Origin: Bacteroidota bacterium | Lineage (GTDB): Bacteria; Bacteroidota; Bacteroidia; Bacteroidales; F082 | Assembly (NCBI GenBank): GCA_003232915.1 | Contig: QIKE01000106.1 | Location: forward strand, 2,703 to 66,702 | Direction: 5' to 3' | DNA: 64,000 nucleotides | Shown: piece after piece, positions 19,929-28,375 of the stretch | Layout of the letters: each line of letters opens with the position of its first letter | Position numbering within the stretch: position 1 is the stretch's first letter | Notes under the pieces: model-generated | What the model saw: only the letters and a program-made list of their open reading frames with translations | Databases searched by the model: none | What the model was told of the DNA's origin: nothing | Position numbers and translations under genes: made by a program

Positions 19929-21086
19929 TTATTTATAGTGTTTTTCATAAACATCTTGATAAAGTTTCAGAACATCTTTGGCCATATTGCTCCACGAGAA
20001 TTTTTCGGCTTGTTTCAATCCTTTATTAATCAGTTCATTTCTGCGGTTTTTATTTTTTAATAGCAATTCTATTCCGGCAGAAATTTCTTCGGGTTTAAAA
20101 GGATTGATAATGTAGGCTGCATTTCCCGAAACTTCTGGCATTGATGAAGTGTTGGACGTGATAACCGGCACTCCGCAGCGCATAGCTTCGAGCATAGGTA
20201 TGCCGAAACTTTCGCGTAACGAGGGATAAAGAAAAATTTGGCAAAGATTGTAAATAGCAGGCAGATCGGTGTTGATAACGTAGCCTGTTAATACAATTCG
20301 GTTTATCAGTTCTTTATCGTCGATTTGTGAAAGTAGCTTGTTGAGGGCATTTTTTTCGTAATCAAGCATTACGAGATAAAGGCTGTCGTCGCCTGATTTT
20401 TTGCGGTAATCAGAAAAAGCTTTGAGCACGCCAAAGGTGTTTTTTTTAGGATCGGTATTACCCAAAAAGAAAAGAAAACGGTGGGGAAGATGGTAGTGGT
20501 TTTTCACACGTTCGAGTTCGTTTTTGTCGTCAATTGGCCTAAAGTGGTTGCTTACACCGTTATAAACCGCAACAAGTCTGTTGTTGTCGGGCGAAAAGCC
20601 AAAAAATTCATTGATACGGTTTCGTTCAAATTTGGAAACAGTAATAATTTTATCGCTAATTTTCACTACTCTCGGTACAACCCACCGGCGGTACATATTA
20701 CCTGATTTTTGATACCAAGTTCCTCCTTTTTTAAAAATGCTAATACTTTCGAGGTATATGATGTCGTGAAGAGTAACAATTAGCGGAAGGCCGGGTTTTA
20801 CCGGCGCAGTATTGCTTGTACAGTGCAAAATATGGCATCCTTCTTTTCTCGCTGCACGTGGTAGAGCATATTGTTCCCAAGTAGGGTAGGGGCCACCGCC
20901 AAGTTCAACAACTTTAAAATTAGCTGTATTGTTAAAAACTTTATTGTCTTCATCGGGTTTAACAAAAATAACGTATTCGTTTTCGCCATCAATTTCTTGT
21001 AGTTCGTTGATGAGTTCAAGGGCAACCATATCCATACCGTGTTTTTTTTTACGGAAAAGTCTTTGTCCTTCAATACCTATTTTCAT
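19929..21086 (-). CDS. Glycosyltransferase family 4
   Basis: TLHDII, PKKN, YPSLRESFGIPMLEAMRCGVPVI. Confidence 0.93.
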   Translation of the reverse strand: MKIGIEGQRLFRKKKHGMDMVALELINELQEIDGENEYVIFVKPDEDNKVFNNTANFKVVELGGGPYPTWEQYALPRAARKEGCHILHCTSNTAPVKPGLPLIVTLHDIIYLESISIFKKGGTWYQKSGNMYRRWVVPRVVKISDKIITVSKFERNRINEFFGFSPDNNRLVAVYNGVSNHFRPIDDKNELERVKNHYHLPHRFLFFLGNTDPKKNTFGVLKAFSDYRKKSGDDSLYLVMLDYEKNALNKLLSQIDDKELINRIVLTGYVINTDLPAIYNLCQIFLYPSLRESFGIPMLEAMRCGVPVITSNTSSMPEVSGNAAYIINPFKPEEISAGIELLLKNKNRRNELINKGLKQAEKFSWSNMAKDVLKLYQDVYEKHYK

Positions 21087-22300
21087 GGTTTTTTGGTTTT
21101 ATAAATTTTATGATGTTTTATCTGAAAAGCATTGTAAGTGTGTTTCGTATGTAAAAATTCCTTATTACTTCCCCTAATTTTCAACAAAGATAAAAACATC
21201 AGAAAAAATCCATATGGTAAACGTGTAATAGCGAGTAAAGTTCTATAATTGTAAAAATATTTCGGAATGGAAAACAAAAACACCATTATAATGGTAACAA
21301 AAGCAGCAAGCCAAGCGTAAAAGTGCATCGTTTCTGGCCAAAAAAACGAAATTAGCGTAAAAAGAAACAAAAGACCCAACAACATTATCCGGGCAGGCAA
21401 AAGGTATTGCATTGCTTTGTTGAAATAGTCGATGTTTCCGCTTAATATAAAATCTTTGGATGCCGGTAAAAAACTTTTCCCGAAATAGTGTAATTGAGCT
21501 GACAGCCAGCGTCGTCGTTGTTTGGCAAACACTTTGGCATTAGGAACTTTCTCGTCGTATACATAAGCATCGGGTAAATAGTCTATTTTCATCCGGTTTT
21601 TCAGCATCACTACCTCTATTTCCTTATCGAAACCTCCCACGACTTCTACTTTTTTCATCATTTCTTTAAAAAACTTATAATCGAAAGCCATTGCCGACCC
21701 AATTAAAGCTGATGATAACCCAAATACTTGATGTGCTTTTCTAAATATATGGTTGTTTATTTCTTCACTAACGGCATCAAGGATTGCAAAATGGGTATCA
21801 AGGTTTTTGGCAATACGATGACCTTGAACGGCCATTCGTCCACGGGCAAAATCGGAATTGATAAGACTTAAAAAATTGGGTGCCATAACATTGTCGGCAT
21901 CCAAAACCACGGCAATATTATAATTGTTGTTAAGTTGCGATAGAGCCGCATTTAGTGTCCGTGATTTGGTACTAACTTTTAAATCAACTTTATAAACAAT
22001 AACATTAAGCTGTTTTAATTTTTCTATGGTTTCCGACCGAAAGCCGTCGGCAATGATTATTACGTCGTAATTTTCGATGCCATAGTCTTGTTTCAATGCT
22101 TGTCGTGCTACATCAACAATAACGGCGTCTTCGCGGTAGCCGGGAATGAGTACGGCGATTTTCCGTTTTTTTTGAACGGGAATAACATTTTTTTTGAGCG
22201 GAAATAGTCCGGCAAAAGCAAAGATAAACAGATAGATAGTAGAAATAGTAAGGTATCCATAAAACAGCCAAAAAACAATATGTAAGAAAGTAGTAATCAT
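21083..22300 (-). CDS. Glycosyltransferase family 2, membrane-bound, QxxRW type
   Basis: IPGYRED, LDADN, FDKE, QRRRW; TM helices. Confidence 0.92.
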   Translation of the reverse strand: MITTFLHIVFWLFYGYLTISTIYLFIFAFAGLFPLKKNVIPVQKKRKIAVLIPGYREDAVIVDVARQALKQDYGIENYDVIIIADGFRSETIEKLKQLNVIVYKVDLKVSTKSRTLNAALSQLNNNYNIAVVLDADNVMAPNFLSLINSDFARGRMAVQGHRIAKNLDTHFAILDAVSEEINNHIFRKAHQVFGLSSALIGSAMAFDYKFFKEMMKKVEVVGGFDKEIEVVMLKNRMKIDYLPDAYVYDEKVPNAKVFAKQRRRWLSAQLHYFGKSFLPASKDFILSGNIDYFNKAMQYLLPARIMLLGLLFLFTLISFFWPETMHFYAWLAAFVTIIMVFLFSIPKYFYNYRTLLAITRLPYGFFLMFLSLLKIRGSNKEFLHTKHTYNAFQIKHHKIYKTKKP

Positions 22301-22303
22301 CAG

Positions 22304-23233
22304 TTATAACATTGGATTTTCGTGAATTTCTTTGGAAAACAAATGAGTAATATGCCAGCCTAATGCGCGATAATATGCAAGAAAAAAGGTTATTTTTCCT
22401 CTCAACAGAAATTTCAAGGCGTTTTTAGGGATGGCAACAAAAAGCTGATACGTCAAGCCGAGGTAGAACTTTTTTCCTTGGATGTTGCGACGCATAAAAA
22501 CTATACGATTGCGGTTTTGATAATATATTTTCAATGAACTTATCTTACCGGTAGAAATTGATTCCTTATGAAGCACATAACTGCTTCCAATATAATAAAT
22601 TTTATAGCCTGTTTTTGTTATTCGGGCGCACCAGTCGGCTTCTTCGTAGTACAAAAAAAAGATATACGACATTAGCCCTATTTCTTTCACTACATGCATA
22701 GGTACCATCATAGCAGCTCCGTGTGCATATGCTGTTTCGCTATCGTTGTTGTATTGGCCTTTGTCTTTTTCCCGGTAACCGATGGCAAAATTGCGCATTG
22801 TAATATGGTTGATGGGTGTATATCCGGCATATTGGATGGTGTCTGGCTGATAATAAAATTTTATCCTTGGACTAACCGCTCCGATACCGGGATTTTTCTC
22901 AAGCTTGTTAACGAGAGGCTCCATAAAATCGTACGGAACTTCAATATCGTTGTTGAGTAATAGAATATAGTCTCCTCTCGCTCGCATCAAACCGTAGTTA
23001 TTTCCAGCTGCAAAACCATAATTGATAGGATTTTGTATAAATACGATACTATGATAACGTTTTTTTATGATTGTAGGGTCGTCTTTGGTAGAATTGTTGT
23101 CTACAACAATTATTTCGAAGTTGGGATACGTAATTTTGTTGAGCGATTCGATTAGAGCACAAGTTACTTCCGACTGGTTGTAGTTAACCGTAATGATGGA
23201 GACCAAAGGAAAATGTTTGCGCTTTGTAGCCAT
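22304..23233 (-). CDS. Glycosyltransferase family 2
   Basis: VNYN, VDNNS, GFAAGNN, LLNND, FFLYYEEADW. Confidence 0.92.
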   Translation of the reverse strand: MATKRKHFPLVSIITVNYNQSEVTCALIESLNKITYPNFEIIVVDNNSTKDDPTIIKKRYHSIVFIQNPINYGFAAGNNYGLMRARGDYILLLNNDIEVPYDFMEPLVNKLEKNPGIGAVSPRIKFYYQPDTIQYAGYTPINHITMRNFAIGYREKDKGQYNNDSETAYAHGAAMMVPMHVVKEIGLMSYIFFLYYEEADWCARITKTGYKIYYIGSSYVLHKESISTGKISSLKIYYQNRNRIVFMRRNIQGKKFYLGLTYQLFVAIPKNALKFLLRGKITFFLAYYRALGWHITHLFSKEIHENPML

Positions 23234-23244
23234 TATATAAATTG

Positions 23245-24468
23245 TTAGTTATGTTTAATATCTTCAATATGTGAATGTTCGGTGTGAATAAATTTATTGG
23301 TTGCTCCTTTAACTTTAAACAGGCTGATAAACATTAATACAAAACCATAAGGAACCGATAATAATGCGTTGAAAGTATTTTTGTTGTAGAATTTTCGGGG
23401 GATAGAAAAAATCAGTGCAAGATTGGTGATGATAAACAAAGTGAACCAAGCATAAAAATCAGGAGCAAAAAAAGACTTTAACATATAATTTCCCAAATAA
23501 AAGATTAAACCTTCAACAAAAGCAATAATAAAAAGAATACCTGTAAGTAATATCCTCGGTGGTAGAACCATCTGCAATACCTTATCGAAGTAGTCGAAAT
23601 TTCCGTTGGTAAAAAGTTGCACCGTACCATCAACAAAATGCGAACGAAAATAGTATAGTTGGGCGGCAATCCAGCGTCGGCGTTGATTGATAAACACATC
23701 AGCTTTTTGTGTTTTTTCGTCGAAAATCAAAGCATCGTGTACGTACTCAATGGTATAGCCTTGCCGAATGATTTTAAGTTCCACTTCTTTGTCTTCGCCA
23801 ACAGAATCAATGGTAGCCATAGTTTTTTTAAACAAACTATAATCAATTCCCATACCCGAACCTATTAGTGCCGAGGAAATTCTCAATACTCGATGTCCTT
23901 TTCTGAAAATATGGTTATTGATTTCTTCGCTAATTGCATCAAGGATGGCAAATTTTGCATTTAGATTTTTTGCTGTGCGGTGTCCTTGAACGGCATGGAA
24001 GCCATATTCGAAAGCGGCATTTATTTTGCTTAAAACATCGGGTTGCATAATGTTGTCGGCGTCAAGAATAAAAGCCACATCGTAATCGTCGCCGATTATT
24101 TCCATACATCTGTTTAGTGCTTTCGATTTTTTACTCACTTCAAAATCCACTTCTACAACTCTAACAGAAAGTTTGTGTAAAGCCGCAAGTGTTTTAGATT
24201 TGAAAGAGTCGGCAATAACAACTACTTCATACCGGTCGTTAGGATATTTTTGTTTGGCAGCTTCCTTGGCTACGTTTACAATAACGGCATCTTCTTTATA
24301 TCCCGGAATTAAAACGGCAAATTTCCTGTATGTCGATATTTGTTCTACTTGTTTTTGTTTGTAGAAGAGTCCTGCCGATGCATATACGAAAATATAAAGC
24401 GTAGCTACTGTAAAATAAGCAAAAACAATATATTCTATAACGATGAATATCAGTTTGACAAATTCCAT
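23245..24468 (-). CDS. Glycosyltransferase family 2, membrane-bound, QxxRW type
   Basis: IPGYKED, LDADN, GEDKE, QRRRW; paralog of 21083-22300. Confidence 0.92.
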   Translation of the reverse strand: MEFVKLIFIVIEYIVFAYFTVATLYIFVYASAGLFYKQKQVEQISTYRKFAVLIPGYKEDAVIVNVAKEAAKQKYPNDRYEVVVIADSFKSKTLAALHKLSVRVVEVDFEVSKKSKALNRCMEIIGDDYDVAFILDADNIMQPDVLSKINAAFEYGFHAVQGHRTAKNLNAKFAILDAISEEINNHIFRKGHRVLRISSALIGSGMGIDYSLFKKTMATIDSVGEDKEVELKIIRQGYTIEYVHDALIFDEKTQKADVFINQRRRWIAAQLYYFRSHFVDGTVQLFTNGNFDYFDKVLQMVLPPRILLTGILFIIAFVEGLIFYLGNYMLKSFFAPDFYAWFTLFIITNLALIFSIPRKFYNKNTFNALLSVPYGFVLMFISLFKVKGATNKFIHTEHSHIEDIKHN

Positions 24469-24472
24469 AATC

Positions 24473-25402
24473 TTACTTTTTTGAGATTAATTTGGGGAGA
24501 CCTAAAATGTTTTTGTGATGTGTCCAGTTCCACCATAAGGCTCTCCAATAGGCGAGCATCAGTTCGGGGCGTTTCTTTTTCAATAAAAGTTCGAGGCTGA
24601 TTTTTGGTGCCGAAATCAAGTATAAATAACACAAACTCAATAATTTGTTGATCCCTTTGTTGTTTCTTCTTGCATAAAGGATACGACCTCTATGCAAATA
24701 AAAAATTTGAAACGGGCTATCTTTTATCGTCGATATCGACTCTTTGTGATATACCAGCGATTTTCCCTGATAATAAATTTTATATCCTGCTTTTTTAATG
24801 TGTTCGGCCCAGTCGTGTTCTTCGTAATACAAAAAGAAAACTTCCGTCATCATTCCAACTTTTTCAACAACTTGCATAGAAACAAGCATAGCTGCGCCGA
24901 AAATTGAGCCTGTTTCGCAGGTTACATCGTATTGTCCGGTATCTTTTTCACCAAAGCCGAGAGCAAAGTTTCGGATAGTGATAGGATTAATAGGCGTAAA
25001 TCCGCCAAATTGTAGAGTGTGAGGAGTATAAAAATAATGTATTTTCGGACTTACCATTGCTATTTTCGAGTTGCTTTCGAGAACTTCTACAAGCGGCTCA
25101 AGAAAACCTTTATCCACTTCGGTGTCATTGTTGATAAACAGAACATATTTTCCTTTGCAATAGGGCAATGCGGCATTATTTCCTCCTGCGAAACCAAGAT
25201 TTTTTTCTGTTTTTATCAAATGGATAGAAGGGTGTTTTTTTTTAATAACATCTGGTGTGTCGTTGGGTGAAGCGTTGTCAACAACAAAAATTTCGGTATG
25301 GGGGTAAGTAATTTTAGCAAAAGAGCTGAGAAATTCACAAGTTACGGCAGATTGGTTGTAATTAATCGTTACAACCGAAACAAAAGGAAGTGATTTATCC
25401 AT
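24473..25402 (-). CDS. Glycosyltransferase family 2
   Basis: INYN, VDNAS, GFAGGNN, FINND, FFLYYEEHDW; paralog of 22304-23233. Confidence 0.92.
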   Translation of the reverse strand: MDKSLPFVSVVTINYNQSAVTCEFLSSFAKITYPHTEIFVVDNASPNDTPDVIKKKHPSIHLIKTEKNLGFAGGNNAALPYCKGKYVLFINNDTEVDKGFLEPLVEVLESNSKIAMVSPKIHYFYTPHTLQFGGFTPINPITIRNFALGFGEKDTGQYDVTCETGSIFGAAMLVSMQVVEKVGMMTEVFFLYYEEHDWAEHIKKAGYKIYYQGKSLVYHKESISTIKDSPFQIFYLHRGRILYARRNNKGINKLLSLCYLYLISAPKISLELLLKKKRPELMLAYWRALWWNWTHHKNILGLPKLISKK

Positions 25403-25414
25403 AACAAAACTGTT

Positions 25415-26908
25415 TTAATCTCTCAAATTCAAAGCCCATGGCGAAATACCTTGTTTTAGTCTTTCAACATATTCACGATCAAGCTGTTGGGCAGCAAAAA
25501 TAAATACCCAACTCAGATACAAAAGAATACCGGTAGGCATTTGTCCGAGCACACCATTCCCATAGGCTGCACCGAAAATGCCGGCGAAGCCACCGAGCAA
25601 AGCTCCGAGAATACTACTTAGTTCCTTATTCTTCACCCTTGCCATAATAAGGTAAAAGCCTTTGAACATAATATACATTAAAATAAAAACGTGTAGTATT
25701 AATCCGACACGTCCTTGTTCTGCCCAGATTTGAACATACCAACTGTCGGTAGCTACATTGGCCAGAAAACCCTGTGGCGAAAATCGTTGTCCCCAATTAC
25801 CTGCCGACCCAATACCACCGCCAAAAGGCTTATTGGCAAGATATGATTTTAAAATTGCCCTGTTTTTTAAACGTACCTGATAGGATGCATCGTTTTGTGG
25901 GCGAAAAGCGGTACGCATACGCGCTATTGTATAGGTACCTTCGCCGATATAAGTTTTCGCGAAAAAAACATAAACAATTGATAGCAATATAACACCGATT
26001 AAAATTACTTTAAAACGTTTTGATAAAATAAGAAAAGTAGCGCCACCAAGCATAGGTACTATCATGGCTCCCCGCGTACCCGAAATCATCATTCCCCATA
26101 AAGACATAAACCCGACAAAATAAAAAAATAGTTTATTCCACTTTCCTTTAATTACCGGAGCTACTCCTAGGAACACAACGCCGGCAGCCCCCTGTGCAGC
26201 TCCAAATTGTCCCGCATCACTAAAAAAAGAAAAAATACGCAATTTTCCGTTGATAACGTGTGTAACATAGCCAACCGTGTTCAACCAGTATTGTTCGGCA
26301 GGGTCGAGGCCAATATATTCTTGTTGTAATCCTTTTAGAGTAGCGAGTAACGAAAAAATTGCCCAGATTAATAAAAAAACATACAAATGTCGAAGTCTGG
26401 CAAAAATCAATAATCCGATAATTACCACAAGTAGCGGATACAGAGACATCCCTCGCATAGCATAAAACCAAGCAGTACGACTTAGTGCCAATGGGTTGAA
26501 GAGTTCCATAATGGAATAGGCAAACCAGATAATCATTAAGTAAACTAAGTCGCGATTAAGTTGCTTAAAATTAATCCTGTCGTAAAAATTTCTAAAAAAA
26601 ATGGCAATGATAGTTAATACCAAAAAACCATCAATGCTCAAGCCGAACGGAACATTTCTAATATAGCGTGTTAAACCGATAGCTATAAATGCCAAAACAA
26701 CAATAGTATAAACTCCAAGGGTAGGGTGATTAAAAAGACGATTCAGGTATATGATAAGAGGTGTGAGAAGCAAAATAGCAAGAGAAACCTTTACACCTCC
26801 TTTTGCAATAGCATAGGCCACGACAATGGTAGCAACAAAAATTAGTGCAATCACCAGTGGATGTTGAAGTTTGTTTGCTCCTGTTTTTTCTTTTAACGAT
26901 TCCAGCAT
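25415..26908 (-). CDS. O-antigen ligase/polymerase (Wzy-like) family protein
   Basis: About 12 TM helices, SGTRGA, periplasmic loop with PFGGGIG and DSWYVQIWAEQG.VG. Confidence 0.85.
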   Translation of the reverse strand: MLESLKEKTGANKLQHPLVIALIFVATIVVAYAIAKGGVKVSLAILLLTPLIIYLNRLFNHPTLGVYTIVVLAFIAIGLTRYIRNVPFGLSIDGFLVLTIIAIFFRNFYDRINFKQLNRDLVYLMIIWFAYSIMELFNPLALSRTAWFYAMRGMSLYPLLVVIIGLLIFARLRHLYVFLLIWAIFSLLATLKGLQQEYIGLDPAEQYWLNTVGYVTHVINGKLRIFSFFSDAGQFGAAQGAAGVVFLGVAPVIKGKWNKLFFYFVGFMSLWGMMISGTRGAMIVPMLGGATFLILSKRFKVILIGVILLSIVYVFFAKTYIGEGTYTIARMRTAFRPQNDASYQVRLKNRAILKSYLANKPFGGGIGSAGNWGQRFSPQGFLANVATDSWYVQIWAEQGRVGLILHVFILMYIMFKGFYLIMARVKNKELSSILGALLGGFAGIFGAAYGNGVLGQMPTGILLYLSWVFIFAAQQLDREYVERLKQGISPWALNLRD

Positions 26909-26944
26909 CTTTTACTAAAATGAAGTATAAAAATAATTAAAACA

Positions 26945-28372
26945 TCAATGTCTCATTTTCAAGATTGCATCAATAAAGAATGCCATTCCAGAGGTTAAAA
27001 TCTTTCTATAATGTAGATTTAACTCTTTATTTAAAAAATGAAAACCTACAAAGATACCAATTAGTGTGAATAAGATAGTTACCCAAGCCACACTTTCCAA
27101 AACATTGATGGTTGTAAAGGTTTTGGTAATCGTACCGATTAGTGTTGCATTGGTAAACCCATTGAAAATCAATGTAGTTATTACAATTAAAATACTGATA
27201 TAATAAAACCCGAATACCATAATTGAGTCGCCTATAATATTGGCAAGGGTCATATAAACCACTTTTATAAAATTTTGTTTGGGCATATTTACGCTATCAA
27301 GGGTTACTCCGACAAACCTGTCGATAGGAAGAAACAAACCGTATAAGCAAAATATTCTGAATATTGTAGCCGTTGATTCATAATCTTTTCCTCCGAGAAT
27401 ATACACGAGGTCTTTGGCATAAACAAATGAAAACAACATCAGCGGAACCATCAGAAGGGTTAGTCCGCCTGCATTGCGATAAAAAATACGTTTTACCTCT
27501 TCTTTTTTTCCTTCGATACTGGCTTTCGACATACCCGGAAAAGCTGTCATAGCAAAACTCCGAAGTGGAATTTCAATAATCTCAGTCAATTTTAGAGGAA
27601 TACTATAAAGCGCAACGCCTGTTGTTCCGAGAAAAGGACTAAGACCTATAATAAAGGTGTCGGCGCTTTTCAAAAGATTGCTTCCAATTAATGTGCCTGT
27701 GGTATATTTGCCGAAATTGAGAATCAATTTATTAGTTTTTCTTTTGGCTTTGAAGAAATATTTTATACCGTCCCAATTGTATAGTGAGGCGAAAATAGAA
27801 GTTATTATATTGGTGATAAGGTAGGCATAAACAATTATTAACAAACCCGAACCTATGAAAAAATAATTTATTAGAAGATAAATCATAAACAAACCTACAT
27901 TAATTACCCGCAAATAAAGTATATAATCGAAACGCATACGAGCTTGTAATACCGATTGTGCATTGTTAAACGGTAGGGTAATGATAGCTAGGACAGGAAA
28001 CCAAGTGAAAAAAAGCGAAAAGCCCGAGGATTTAATAGACAGGGGAAAAAGATAACTTGCCGTAAGAACAATGACGATTGTCGCAAAGGTACTTATCGTA
28101 CCAATAACGTAATTGGAGCCAATGAGTTCTTTTGCTGTGGCTTTGTCGGCTGCGGACAAAAACCTTACAATAGCCGTACGGGTTATGCCAAAGCGAAACA
28201 TATCAATAAAATTGGCTGTGGTGATTAACAATACCCATTCACCAAAATCGTTTGTGGGCAGACTTCTAACGAGAATAATAAAGCTAAAAAAACCAAATAC
28301 TGCTACCAAGCCGTTATTGGCAAGAGAGAGGAAGTTCTTATTCTTAATTATTTTAACGAGAACATTTGTCAC
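26945..28372 (-). CDS. Oligosaccharide flippase (Wzx-like)
   Basis: Multi-TM MOP-type pattern (RSLPTNDFGEW, DTFIIG..LG..GVALYSIP); position in a polysaccharide locus. Confidence 0.85.
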   Translation of the reverse strand: MTNVLVKIIKNKNFLSLANNGLVAVFGFFSFIILVRSLPTNDFGEWVLLITTANFIDMFRFGITRTAIVRFLSAADKATAKELIGSNYVIGTISTFATIVIVLTASYLFPLSIKSSGFSLFFTWFPVLAIITLPFNNAQSVLQARMRFDYILYLRVINVGLFMIYLLINYFFIGSGLLIIVYAYLITNIITSIFASLYNWDGIKYFFKAKRKTNKLILNFGKYTTGTLIGSNLLKSADTFIIGLSPFLGTTGVALYSIPLKLTEIIEIPLRSFAMTAFPGMSKASIEGKKEEVKRIFYRNAGGLTLLMVPLMLFSFVYAKDLVYILGGKDYESTATIFRIFCLYGLFLPIDRFVGVTLDSVNMPKQNFIKVVYMTLANIIGDSIMVFGFYYISILIVITTLIFNGFTNATLIGTITKTFTTINVLESVAWVTILFTLIGIFVGFHFLNKELNLHYRKILTSGMAFFIDAILKMRH

Positions 28373-28375
28373 TTT

